From Catajapyx aquilonaris (taxonomy: Eukaryota): a stretch of 40,550 nucleotides of DNA. The DNA lies in NCBI GenBank assembly GCA_000934665.2, contig JYFJ02003524.1, positions 1-40,550 of the forward strand, given 5' to 3'. The notes under the pieces were generated by a model. It saw nothing but the letters and a program-made list of their open reading frames with translations, searched no databases and had not been told where the DNA came from. Within the stretch, counting starts at the first letter, position 1. Each line of letters opens with the position of its first letter. A program made the position numbers and the translations under genes. Positions 1-12,655 of this stretch are shown piece after piece.

Positions 1-174
1 GTCCTCCAAAACGTGGTTCCTGGAGGGCTTGGAGAGGTTTCCACGCCCATGACTCCTGTGCATTCAACTCCAGGAGGATTCTATCGATAATGTGTGCCTA
101 TCTTCCGACCTGTATATGCCTGAATTTGTGGCAAAAAATGGTACGGTCATCTGGACTTTCGAAACAACTGATCC

Positions 175-395
175 AATTGGATAATCCATGATAGGCCGGT
201 GGCCTCTCATGGGATTTTATTTTCAATTTCCGACTTTATTCATTGACTGAGACGCTGATGGTTGTGATTGTGGCTGGAAACGAGAGAACCCGAGCAAATC
301 CACGTGAGCACGAAGAGAACCCATCTAAACTATTTCCACATGAGAAAGTCATCTGTCCGACCTGGGGACCGAACTCAAACCCGTTTGTAGCGTTG
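175..395 (-). mobile_element. Old, diverged copy of the tRNA-derived V-domain-type SINE
   Basis: The reverse complement aligns by eye with the 24217-24487 SINE across tail (ggataatccatgataggcc), core (ggaaacgagagaacccgagcaaatccacgtgagcacgaagagaacccatc) and B-box region (gacctggggaccgaactc), with many substitutions. Confidence 0.75.
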
Positions 396-1729
396 TTACA
401 TCCTTGTGCAAGCATAGATTTTTATTGAATATCGGTTTTATGACCTGTTTCCACTGGCACAAAAATGAGAGAACAATCCAATTCTTGGTCCAAGTCCAAA
501 AAAAGCGATCCAAAATTTCGAACATTTCCCGAATTGTCCCAGTCCAATTATTTTCAATCCAAACTGACCAACGTACACAATGCCAGGTGAACGTCAGAAT
601 TTGAAATTAATTGCTATTAAATTTAATGACATGAACATAGCAATTTTCACAACTCGTGGAGCAGGTACAAGAAACTGAGTTCCACATTTTATTCTAATGT
701 CAATGTTAGATTTTCATTTAAAACTATCGTGAAACACAGCAATATTAATCCTTGGACACGTTCCTAAACATTTAAGTGTCTCCATCAGTCGGGTCAAACT
801 ATTGTGTCGTAAGAGCACGCCCAGGGGTAGAGTGAGCTGAACTTGTCCACCTCCAGCGTCGGGGGCTTTCTTTCCCGGTTTAGTTGTTTAGTTCAGAAGT
901 GCAATTGGTATTTGTTACATATTCAGTTATTTCGCAGTTTGACGCCTTTATTGTTTAAACAATCTTTTATATATTTGACATATTAGCATGGTTTTAGGAA
1001 TGGAGCCTACAAAGTACCTGTTCTGGTTATCCTTAGTAGCCCCGCAACCCAAACGAAAAAAAATAATTAGGCATATCTTGTAGTGTATATTCTATGCACC
1101 TAGTTTTACGCTAACGCCCGCAGGCTGTGTTCGCCACTTACTGTATCTTTGATGTGGTAGGTGTTGCTACCTAGCGGCCATAGAGTGTATTCAAAAAATG
1201 TTGCCACATGGTGAACTATTTGATTAGTAGTGGCAAAGGAGGCCAAACCCTTGGTCCAAACTGAGGGTGGTCAGCTGTCTGAACTGGTCTGAACTGATTA
1301 GCTGATGGTTTCAATATAATAAGAGTGGCTTGACAGCAGCCATTTTGATCCAACTCGCCTACGTTACAACGTTTCAGTGATATGTCCACTCTAAAGACAG
1401 GAATCATTGTGCCATGTGGGTTGCCTTTCTTAGTCAGGATAACTTTGAACATGCCCTTTTTTGTCAGCCCATCACCTCGCCTTTTGGAGACAGTTGCAAC
1501 TATTATTAGCAGTGCTACAGGTGTCTAAACATTAAAAGCAGCTCAGTGTTTTGGTCCACCTGTACTATTTTTTGTGGCATACCTTGATGGTTCATAATAT
1601 CAATGGGTCAGATTAGGTTTTTTTAAAGCAGCCATCTTCCTCATTGGTTGTGCAAGAATGTCACGGGAAAAACCAACACCTTTACACGAATGAGCGTAGC
1701 TACACCAGCAGGAAAGGTTACTCACACCA

Positions 1730-1770
1730 TCTCTCTCCCTCTCTCCCTCCCTCTCTCTTTCCCTCTCTCT
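1730..1770. repeat. CT-rich low-complexity tract
   Basis: tctctctccctctctccctccctctctctttccctctctct. Confidence 0.8.
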
Positions 1771-2091
1771 CGTCCCTGTTTTTTTATTTTTTTAAGTGAG
1801 AGGGGGATTAATGGATTGAGAAAAGCCCGAAAATGTCAACGTGATATATTGATGCGTTTCAACCGCCTTACAACCCTCTCCCCTTCTCTACAGTGGAATG
1901 TTCACATTTTGGGAATGCAGGATATATCTAATAAATGGTTGGTTACAGTGTAGGGTGTAGGATTAACCAATAGGTGAGTTTATGTGAAATCTTATAACTT
2001 TTATCACATTGCAATACACTTTGTAGCAGGGACCTTATTACGATGGTTCACTGCCACTGATTATGCATATGGCAGCGAAGTTTTCTTTCTC

Positions 2092-2114
2092 TAATAATAA
2101 TAATAATAATAATG

Positions 2115-2174
<60 letters not shown>
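2092..2174. repeat. (AAT)n microsatellite
   Basis: About 27 AAT units with a single GAT interruption. Confidence 0.98.
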
Positions 2175-2175
<1 letters not shown>

Positions 2176-3528
2176 CACCTAAAAGCCTTATCCTCTCTTT
2201 CCGCTTAAATGTCCGTCACCACTCATCTCATAGGTAGTAGTAACCTTTTTCATATTCGTCGTCCAATAATAATAATTAGAAAACATGTAGCGGTCAGAAA
2301 AGGTACGGTATGACCCACGTCAATGGAGGCGAGACACGCCTGGTCATAGTGCCCTGGTGGGCTTTGTCCGAGTATTCACTCATCACCAACGTGCATGTAG
2401 TACTACTTTCCCCCTGAGAGCAGCAGTAGGCTAGTGTGCAGAGGGACAGCCTGCGCCAACTGGTAGGGCCTATGTACTACTTTCAAGTGGGGGGGGGAGG
2501 GTAGGCAAGCAGGGTCCGCCACTAGTAATAATAAATACATGCGTTTTATCTCTGGGTGTGTATATGTCCTGTTATGAGTTTTTGGTGGCTATTAAGAAAG
2601 AACCACGGAAACATACAAAAGGGAAGAGTAAACACTGCTAATAAGAGTAGTAGCAGGCTCCTAACAGTCACTTGTTAATAAATGCAAAAAAAACCGCCGC
2701 TAAAGCACAATATCAAGTGGATATATAATTATATTATGTAGCCTACTGAAAAAGTTATGTTTCCCACCGTTAATTACAGTACTGTACGTGAGGCAATGTA
2801 TCAATGATAATGTATTGTGGGCTATACAACATAATGATGCATTATTCGATTACATCAGAGTAGATCACCAGCTATAATTATCAAATATGTAGTTAATTGT
2901 CAGGGCTCTAGTAGTTATAACCACCAAATAAACAACAATAATGTTGTTGCTTACTCTTTCAAAAAATTAGCAGCAGAGCGTACGCCTACATTTTTATGTT
3001 ACAGTATGTCGGTATATCATTATAAAACATTCTGTCCATTACGTACTTTAAAATTAATAGCCGAACCCAGCATTTCAATTATTATTCTACAAAATAAAGG
3101 GAGTGCCTGTGAATGGTTTATATCTTGGAATACAATAATAGTGCCCGTTGTCGCTGATGATATGTCAAAAACTCCGTTTTCTTATTGGCAGGCTACGTTA
3201 TGAAATTATTATTTTGTTAAGTAGTTGGTAGTTGCAAATAACCGGTTTGATATTGACACACTCTAAAAATGTGCCAAGTACAGTAGTATGTTCATTGTTT
3301 TTGCTTATTTTTTGTTGCAAAGATGTGCCTTTCAGTGAAGTAAGGCTTAATGCTCTATTACATTATTATTTTTAGTCATTGAAAATATATTCGCACACAC
3401 TCTCACACCCACAAACACTATTATCACATTTTTCTATAAGGCGAGCATAATTTATGATAGACGAAGAACATATTTGATGCCGTGATAGTAACAAGTGAGA
3501 ATCAACTCTCAAAAGGTTGATCACCGCA

Positions 3529-3759
3529 TATTCATAATGGATACCCAGTGATATGCCTCCTTGGGCCTTTTAGGGGATCATCTTTTGAATAACCGTCTTT
3601 AATCATTGCCTGCGCCGTGATGGATTTTGATAGTGGGAGGAAACGGGAGAACCCCGAGAAAACCCACTATATCCACATAAGCATACTCCGTCCGACCCGG
3701 GGATCGAACTCGGGACCTTAGAGGTGGAAGGCTGCGGTGCTAACAACTACACCACCTTA
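3529..3759 (-). mobile_element. tRNA-derived V-domain-type SINE, internally deleted copy with TSD
   Basis: The reverse complement matches 24217-24487 (head GGTGGTGTAGTTGTTAGC, B box GAGTTCGATCC, core GTGGGTTTTCTCGGGGTTCTCCCGTTTCCTCCC, tail). It is flanked by a 12-bp direct repeat, ttgatcaccgca (3517-3528) / ttgatcactgca (3760-3771). Confidence 0.92.
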
Positions 3760-6274
3760 TTGATCACTGCAGCAGCAATTTTTCTCATTTGATCATCATC
3801 ATGGACTCAGAATTAAATAAATATAAATTCAACCAAGTTCAAGCAGAAATCGCTGATTATTTCACTGTTGATTTTAAATGAGCACAGATTATGTCCTATT
3901 ATTTTACTGCAGTATATGGAATATCTTTGTAGCCAAGAAATAAAATTATAATTATAATGTTGTACACGGTTACATTATTTTTTGGCATAGTTAACCCCAT
4001 AATACATACTGAAACATTGCAACTTTAAAAGTTAGATTTTCACATAATGCTTTGTCTATTGGAATTATTTTTAAAATACTCACACTGAGAGTGACACCAA
4101 TCCTTTGGTACTGTACAGTACCTTCTAGTATCCAAATGCATTGCAATATTCATAGGGCATGATGAATATACCGTTTGAGCACACATCAGTTATTGAGACG
4201 TCACTTCACCTTATCTCGCTAGTCAACAATAGAATCGTTATACTTGTAGAAAAGTGAGTACTGTAGCCTACACATGAGGAAAAATGGATACTGTACAAGC
4301 CACAGATATTAGAATCAAAACTCCCCGGGATAGTCATAAATTAAATATGTGGCTATTTGTGAACGCACCTAAGAACCACTTGTGCGGATTTAAAAAAGTT
4401 GTCATCACATGATGTGTAGTAATTATTCTTGGAAGAGAAAGGTTGACACACATGTATGGCGTATTGAAATTCTGTGGCTCACAGAATATAATCATTGTTG
4501 GAGGTAGATGTGGACATGTTAGGAGCGAACAGGAATGTTTCTTTTGTAGACCCACCCTTGTAGTTTATTATTTATAATTCACTGCGAGTCCACACTTGCT
4601 AAATAATATTTTATGAGAGCCCGTGGGCAAGTGAAAGTTAGCGCTCCCAGGCAATTTTTTAGCGCAAACTTTTTTCCCTTCCTGGCATTATACTGAGCGA
4701 GCAAAAGCCCATTTCAGTAGTTTCATATCAGAGTTGTATGAAACTATTTAACGCCATGAAGTATTTCGGTATTGTTCAGTATGTGCATAGGCATAATGTA
4801 GGGAAGCAACTAGTAATCAAGCTTTTGGCCTTGCAACCACTCCAAATACAGTTATAGATGTGGGGGGCGAACAGTCAGTGGCGAATAGTTTTATTTTTAT
4901 CTGTAAGGCAGATAAAATGCCATGCAATAATGTAGTGCTTTATGTGTGAAGTGTGGGCAAAGTTAAGCTCCACCAGGAAATGTTTATGCGGTGCTTCATA
5001 ATTCCTTTTGAGGGGGAGAGAGGGAACAAAACAATGATCCTCTTTGCATCCGATCGACGCTAAATCCACTTTTCACAAATGAGGAATTTTGGATTCCATG
5101 AAAATCGCCGATAGTAACTCAAAATCTACCAGGCCGTATTTTTGCAGTTCCTGAAATACATTACATGCCGGAGTCCACGATTACCTTTGTCAAACAGCCT
5201 CTGCTTAGCTTTGAAGAATTTAGATTTAAGAACATGTCAGGTAAGCAGGAATAACAGATTCACAATTTGTGGACTTGCAAAAAAACATGCATGCAAAGTC
5301 ACTGTTCTCCGTTATTACTAGTTATAGTACTAACAAGATTTAGTAAGTTAGCTTGTATTTACATCTGAACAGGCGGAGTCAGGTCAATTACTGCAGATTT
5401 CTTCCTCTAGATGAAATTGCTGCCAGGCTAAATAAACGTAATACAAATTCCCTCTGAATTCTGTAAACATTGCATTACAAACCTTGACAGGTATGAGATG
5501 TACAGGCAATTATTGACTCTTGCACATATTTCGAAGGCATTTTACTATCCGGAACAGTCCACCTTCCGTGACAGTTAAGAGTCGATAGCTAGTATGGCCA
5601 GGCAACGTACTCTGGTTGCCAGATAAGAGCTGTCATTCCGTCCCCTGTCAAAGGTACGCAAATGACGGGTTGTGACTTGGACGGACGTGCCACTCTTCTC
5701 TGCATTATTGACGTCCAATTCGGCACTAGCCTAGTGGTTCTAGCCCGTGATAAACATCGCAACACACGTGTCTCTCGAGTGAAAAATACGCCACTATCGG
5801 AGGCTATGAATATTTCAGAGCAGTAGCGCTACAGCGTAATAGCTATACGGGGCGCCACCAAATTATGGGATAGAGGAAAATAAGATGTTCACACATGGAC
5901 GTGTTAGAGCGTTGTCCTAAAATAAGAAATAGTTGTCCTCGAATGACTCCAGTGAATATAGTGTCAAAATAGTCTTTTCAATAGTTAATTTTGTTTCCAG
6001 TGCTTAAATTAGGCCCGCTACTGACATTGCGTGAGTTGATAACTGTTGAAGGCCATTGATCAGGTTGCTTTATTCCGAGTGTGTAAAGAGGTCAAATGCA
6101 TTGGAACGAGCGTTTTCTTTGCCATTCCGTATTATATGTTTGTTTATCATTGTTTGTGTGTGACAATAACACATCGACAAATGAGAACAACGCTGGTGGA
6201 GAGTAATTGACCTCGTCGACAGATGACAGCCCCCGTGCGGCGGGAATTTCCAGCATGGCAACAGCTTCCCTTAC

Positions 6275-6645
6275 CTGAAGGTGAGAATGGTGAGTGGTCG
6301 GTATGACTTGTGAGAAGCCGGATCTGCCATGGGTCGACCCCAGAAGTCGTTGAGGAAGAGTCGGGCCACCGGCTGCGTGCCAATCACATCTGCGTTGGTC
6401 TTGATGGCGCTCAGGTCGTCGTGCACAAAGTCCCCTCGCAAAGAGTTGAGGTAGCACAAGGCGCTCACGGCCGCCAAACACCCGTACATCACCCGTTCTC
6501 CGTGGCCCCGTGGCGGCCCCACTTCACTACCCGCGCTTCTCCGCTTCTTCAGCCGTGAACCACCCCGGAGCGGCCCCTCTTCGGCTGGCCCACACCTCTT
6601 GCTCCAGCTGTCCAGCCTGGAGAGCAACCTGTGCCCCAGCAGCAT
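6275..6645 (-). CDS. TMTC1: First coding exon of a TMTC-family protein O-mannosyltransferase (transmembrane and TPR-repeat protein), TMTC1-like; partial, the gene continues beyond position 1
   Basis: The translation contains the TMTC N-terminal signature CYLNSLRGDFVHDDLSAIKTNADV...LFLNDFWGRPMADPASHKSYRPLTILTFR, preceded by a hydrophobic segment. ATG at 6645 is in a CAACA-ATG context (an in-frame upstream ATG exists at 6756). The exon ends at TTCAG|GTAAG (GT at 6274-6273, phase 2). Family is secure; paralog assignment is less so. Confidence 0.93.
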
Positions 6646-7200
6646 TGTTGCCGACAACGATGCAGTACCGACCAGACAACGCGGCCTAGTGAGCCCGGAT
6701 ACGTCCGCTGACTGACTTTTGCTTCGTTGCTGAGGCTCCTCGGGGCCTGCGCACATGTGGGCTGGCCGGGGCTGGCTGGCTGGCTAGGGGGCGCCTCTGT
6801 TTTTAGGGGAGGTTGGAACTGGGGGTGGACGGTGGGGTTATGGAAGTTCTCGCAAGAAGACGGGTGGGTCGGTCGGTTTGGTTGGTTGGCTTTCCTTCTT
6901 CAGTGGTGCGGCCAGAAAAGGAGAAGACTGAGACCAACTCCGCACAACCTCAACTAATCAATGCGGCTGCGAACACATTTGTATGTGTCTGGCGGTGCTG
7001 TTAGGGACTGACGATCAGATGCCAGCCGACAGCAACATTAGACGCCCACGCGATAACTTCAGATTAATAGGTTTTTTTCCGCTTTGGGGCGCTACCAATT
7101 ACAAGGGGTCAGAGGGTATAGTCGTTCAGGCGCCATCTTGGTTCGTGCGCTCATGCGTTCGTTACGCAGCACGCATTTCACATAGTCGAGCTGCCACAAG
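6646..7200 (-). promoter_or_regulatory. GC/CpG-rich 5' UTR and probable promoter of the TMTC gene
   Basis: Elevated GC and CpG directly upstream of the ATG. Inr-like TCAGTC on the minus strand at 6926-6931 and 7006-7011; YY1/Pho-like CAAGATGGCG on the minus strand near 7131-7140. The TSS cannot be determined from sequence. Confidence 0.45.
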
Positions 7201-9327
7201 AGAAGCAAGTAATTATTTTTGTCGCAAAAGGCATATACTTGTGTTGACGTGTGCTTTGCTCTCAATTCTTATAACGCTGAACTGGAGCCAATAATACCAT
7301 ACACTATGACGCTATCATGTTAGCATACACATCGATATTTCACAAAGCCAATTTGAGTTATTATTCTGGAAAGATAAACAAGGCCTATAACCCTATTGCA
7401 TTGAAAAATTCATAGCCTATTTCTTTTCGTGTCATCAATATGTAATCATTACAGGCATTACAGCCCCACCCCCTTCCCCTGCAAAGTTCAATGCCTCACT
7501 ATACGTGATTAATCCACATAAGACAGCACAATTTTACATTACTCTAATGATACTTTGGGTCACGTGAAATCGATACCAAGTCCTGAAATTCGGATGAATC
7601 ATAAGCACAATCGAGAGATTTCGATGCAGTATATGAGGGTATTGAATTACCCCTATAGTTGATTAATTTTCAAACATTTCTTCGGGATACTGTCATTTTC
7701 CTATCAGATAAAATTGATTCGAGCATCAGAAATGACACGTCTAGGACGATTCCGCGTTGCTTAAATTAACTGATATTTTTACCAAAATGTGAATGACAAT
7801 TCAGGAAATTAGGCCTTCAAAAGTTATTGCCATCATGCAGTATAGGCCTAAGTAGTTCATGGCCATGTTTTTATCTTGACAATTTGCATTGTATATAGGA
7901 AATATCTGACCTGATTCGGAAAGCGGGCCTACTCGACGATTGTTTTGCTTTCCAATCCACTGCTCTTCGTCATTGTCTGGGTGTGTCGATGTTATCAGAA
8001 ACACGAAAAGTTTTCTTTACTCTTGGCAATGATTTCCAATGCCAGGTAGAGCGTTACAGGATTGGCAACCTCTGATTCGGACAAACCCTTTGCGACTAAC
8101 AATCATTACCATCAATCGAAATCGATTTCAGATAGTCAACTACATTTTGCCGAATCCATTATCACAATAAATCCAATAATAAACACCGATTTTCTGGCAA
8201 CCCATTTGTAGGAAAGTTAGGGCCCAAAATGCGCAACGAGGAAATTGATCTTGGGGACCAAAAATTGCAGAGTACGTAATAAAGTCCCAGTTGGGTTTGG
8301 AATTACAATACGGTCACCAACACAGTGAGTGTACTTGACTTGATCAGGTATATCTTGGAGGGTAGGCCATACGCACAACCGAGTGGTGTTGGTGGCCTAC
8401 CGTTCAGGATAAACCAGATGGTGGCCCGCTATCCTTGCACACACTCGCCAATAATCCGCAACCGGATGCCATCCGGACACCAGAAAAAGGTTCTAATTTT
8501 GATTTCCGTCCTCCGGAAATGATATGCTTATAAAGAAAGGGGTCGGCTGCGGTGTCGAGCCGACTAATCGGCCGCCATAAACACAAATGGGGTTGCAAAT
8601 GCGTCCTGCCTCTCCCTCCGCTCTTCCCCCTCCCTCCGACCCCCTGTCACCCCGTACCCTGCTGCTGGTGCTGGTCTGCGCACAGGTTTCACCATTAAAG
8701 CTATTTTTCCATGAAAATCAGCAAGTTCAACTGGGCGGAATGGTGCCGCGTGAAATCTGGCGCTCGTTGTGAAGAACCTCCAGCTGTAATTCCCTTTGCT
8801 CACACCACCGATTTTCACGCCTAGCTCTATTTTTTTAAACACCCCTCCCCCCGTCCCATCCCCCACCCCCTCTTCCTCCCACATTCGGGCAGTTAGGGGG
8901 GGGGAGCGAGTACAGGGCGCATCCCTTTTTAGGTTCTATGCTACAGTCCCTGCCTCTCTTCCATCCGATAAACCCGTAAAATGCATTTAACGCTTAATAA
9001 CAAAGCAATTAGCAAACATTCCGGCTCATTGGAGATGAAATATGAACAGTGTAGTTGTGTACTAATTGGCCATATGATATAGCGCCCGGACAATATTGCG
9101 CTGTTGCTGGTTGCATGCGACGGAAACGCCCGTCGCACTCAACACTTGCGCACTCAATACTTGTGCGTCATGGTATTGTGTGTACTTTAGTATTCTTATC
9201 TGCAATGCTGCATTAGGAACTGCACAGCACGCCTGCATTACACTTGACGGTACAGGTCAATTTTTTTTACCGGGATTGGAATCACGTACGATGCATTTTT
9301 AGCAATATAAATTGGCGTTTATGATGA

Positions 9328-9570
9328 GGGTGTGGGGGAAAAACATGATAACTGACAAAAGAGTAATTTTCCAGGAGAGCTAATTGAAGTTTGAATTTTC
9401 TTAACAAATCATAGGGAATGCTGGTTGTGATCGAGTCCGTGTGGCCGTCTCATGCATGATACATGAACTTGGAGTATACCAAACTGTTTGTCATGTCTTA
9501 TACATAGTTGCTAGGAGTTTAGGTGAAAAATGACAAAAATGTCAGTTATCATGTTTTTCCCCCCACACCC
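9328..9570. mobile_element. Unclassified MITE with ~30-bp terminal inverted repeats
   Basis: gggtgtgggggaaaaacatgataactgaca (from 9328) is the reverse complement of tgtcagttatcatgtttttccccccacaccc (to 9570) apart from one G indel. AT-rich non-coding interior; no clean TSD. Confidence 0.8.
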
Positions 9571-9608
9571 ATCTTTATCTCCTACATGAACGCAACTTGG
9601 TTTGTAGC

Positions 9609-10083
9609 CAGCGCCGTATTTTCGGCAAGGCAACCTAGGGCGGCAGATTTCAAGGGGCGGTAAATTTAGGCATACAAAAAAGTAGACGAAGACTTAATAA
9701 TTAATAATTACACGACTGGAAGCAGTGCCGGATTTACCATTAGAAAGAGTAGGGCCAGTAGGCAATTGCCTAGGGTTGGCCATGAGTTGCAATAAATGTT
9801 TTTCAAATAGGTTACGATAATAGGAAATAAAGGTGAAATCATTTAAAAATTCAAAATTTTCGCCGGAGGATTCCCAACGCCGAGGCGGATTTGCCACTAG
9901 GCAGAAAAGCCTACGGGCGCGGGCAGCCGCGCTCCAGGGGCGGGAATAAGTTGAAATATAAATTTCTAAATAAAGTGAAATGAAATGAAGGAGAGAACTC
10001 AAGAAAAATTGAATTTTTAAGCGGAGGGGGGGGGGCAGATTTTAACTACCTAAGGGCGACCGAGGGGGGTAAATCCGGCACTG
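9609..10083. mobile_element. Composite hAT-type MITE with an exact 8-bp TSD
   Basis: Left end cagcgccgtattt, right end aaatccggcactg, flanked by tttgtagc at 9601-9608 and 10084-10091. Further left-end copies at 9723 (cagtgccggattta) and ~9880; recurring (g)cctagggc-like subterminal motif. Confidence 0.88.
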
Positions 10084-11238
10084 TTTGTAGCTGCACTAAG
10101 CCAGCTCATTAGGGTAAAATAGGAACGGTGAGTGACGAAGATGGCAGTCAAATGTTTAAAAGCGCGACTACAGTGCCAACTGACGAGTGGCTTCATCATA
10201 ATCACGCAACGCCACCTTCCCTACTTTTCCTCCGCTCATGAATCACGAAGAGCGGTGAAAAGCACTCATTTTTCTGCTTCAAAATACTGGCATATCAATA
10301 TATTCATGCATTCAGCTTTTCAGCACACCTCCCCCACCTAAGTGGATCTCCCACAGCGGCTTAATGAGAATATACGCCATGTGTCTGTCGGAGTTTGAAA
10401 GTTACGGATGAGTCTTCCGCCAGGGGACGAATTTGAATGAGGAACATATTGCCAGGGAGAAAGAAGAGAAAACGGGCCAAAAAATAGCTCCTAGATATAT
10501 CCCCTCGGATTTTCCCCCCCCCCTCGTCCAAATAAGAATGAACGGTTGGTTCGCTCGGACGAATTTGATTCTTTTTTTTCCGCGACTTCCGTGGGGCATA
10601 TACTGTACAGGAAAGCTAGATACAAAATTCGCCAGAGAGTACGGTTATGTTCGGGATCCGCGGGACAGCCGGAGTATCTGTTTTAAAGTGAATTCGGGCC
10701 CGTCTGCGATATATCCCGCCACCTATTAGGCTTACGGGCGTGTGGTCTGAATTCAGAGAAGCGGCTGGCACTCACATTTTGGCACGTTTTTAGCACGGTT
10801 TAGGGGGAGGAACAAAAAACTGTGACAGAATGTGGAAGTATGGTTATTGCATGGATCCATTCCCTTACGGCTTACGTCAACCACATTTTCTTATTAATAT
10901 TATTCTAGACCCATAAATAGTAGGGGTTGACTTTACGGTTCTGTATGAACTTTTACATATTCTGATCGGATCTTAGATCTAGGGCAATGGGTTAATGATG
11001 TGAGATCTGAATTCTTTAGGTCATATCTCTTGATCCAGCAGTCACCTGTGCCAGCAACTGATTTATTAACCTAGCCTCGCCCCCGGGTTCCTCCGGACAA
11101 GCCCCCGGACACTTATACTACATTCTGAGCTTATCGCCTGCCGAGGGGTTTTGCAGCGGGTGCTCACCTGAGAGCGCCATGAGACATTTTCTGGAGCAAT
11201 TATGTGGCGACCCTACCGGAGTACGCTGAACTTTATAG

Positions 11239-11385
11239 GTATCATCAGTCCAAAAAGAATTGTCCCAGTCATCCTGATGTGTGTGCTGCCCGCTCGACAC
11301 ACACCATGTAACTTACATGGTGTGTGTCGAGCGGCCAGCCTACACGTCAGGATGACTGGGACAGTTCTTTTTGCACTGTTGATAC
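11239..11385. repeat. 147-bp near-perfect palindrome (73-bp arms, 1-nt centre at 11312)
   Basis: Manual pairing gives 66/73 Watson-Crick pairs, 3 G:T pairs and 4 other mismatches. Confidence 0.95.
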
Positions 11386-12039
11386 AAAAGGGAAGCGCTA
11401 CATGCGGGCCCAACATGGCCGCAGGGGGTGGGTAGGAGTGACCTAACCTGAGTCTTCTAAAACCATGCTCCGGACTGATTCTTATACAACTTCAAGCCTC
11501 CCCAGGCGACGCCCCAGACACCGCCATGCATCCCGCCATCTCTTGGCAAAACTGCCAACTCGCCACTAACCCCATCTTGTGGATGTGGGGGATGTCACCA
11601 GCTTTCAATCGGCTCCGACGTCACAGCAGCCATTGCAGTAGTTTCAGTAGTCTATTACTTGTACAGTATTATTCACTGTGATACCTCGGCTCTGATCATT
11701 ATGCAGTACAGTAGCCGGTAGTGAGCAGAACTAAACTGGCTTAACTACCTGTGGCAAGTACGGGACTCTGCGTGCATGCATATGATTGAAAGTAGGGAAT
11801 TATTTCATACTTAGAGCACCACATGAATATAAAGCACGTGTGGCAGTCCGAGCCAGAAAGTGTAGCTTACAATGGATCACAGAAACCTTTTCTAGTTGCA
11901 TGCCTGATCTGCGTGCAAAGGCCGATACACTGCATATCATTTGCCATTAGGGGGCCATTATTGTCCATTAGCATAGCTTCCCCAGTTATGGCCATGCAGA
12001 ATGCGCATTGCGCAGCATTTAATTGACATCACATGCAAA

Positions 12040-12320
12040 ATCAATCCAAAAACTTCCTAGACAAAGGCAGCCCAGCAACCCGAGTTATTGACTACATTAC
12101 CTATTGCACTGTACTAATCTTGATAATTATGCTCTCTTAAGCGCAAACTAATCGTGGAATGCCACGATGCCAGCCTTGGCTTCTGACGATTATTCGATCC
12201 TCCTGAGTGTGCAACAGTACATTTGACAGATATGCAGGGTTTTTGCATGGACGATGAGCTGCACAATTTGATAACAGAGTTGTCATGTCTGCCTCCAGCT
12301 GCTGCATGCACATTCATCTG
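12040..12320 (-). pseudogene. Possible decayed pogo/Tigger (DDE_1) transposase fragment
   Basis: A minus-strand frame reads TTLLSNCAAHRPCKNPAYLSNV, resembling the LLLDNC.AH...LSNV motif of pogo-type transposases. Surrounding frames contain stops. Confidence 0.25.
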
Positions 12321-12559
12321 TTGAATTTACAGAATCTAATATAGCTGATTACCTGCGTTACAACTCTGATCGTGGCTTGCAATTCAATTACTTTGGCCAT
12401 TGAACAGAACAAGTATGCGTAATTATTAGGTTTGAATACTAGGGACACTAATCAGCCGTAAGCCTACGCATGGACGTGCTTTAATCGAGTTTTCTGCTTC
12501 TCCCAGGCTTCTTCAAAAACTGCAGCAAACATATCCGAAATGAACTCCATACATAGAGT

Positions 12560-12655
12560 GGGCGGCACAGTGGCTTAGGGTTAACCCTGAGGTCTCGAAT
12601 TAGATCTCCGCGTCGGACATATGACAAAAGTAACCTACGTGTTGTTTTCTCATGT
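12560..12655 (+). mobile_element. Degraded 5' fragment of the same SINE family
   Basis: gggcggcacagtggcttagggttaa...gaggtctcgaattagatctccgcgtcggacatatga parallels the SINE head gggcgacacggtggcggaatggttag...aaggtcccgagttcgatccccgggtcg. Confidence 0.5.

Noticed and set aside
6092..6558. Overlapping 129-, 78- and 82-aa ORFs
   Set aside because: Alternative-frame or antisense shadows of the GC-rich TMTC exon.
11202..11435. Two mirror-image ORFs with near-identical peptides on opposite strands
   Set aside because: A direct consequence of the 11239-11385 palindrome.
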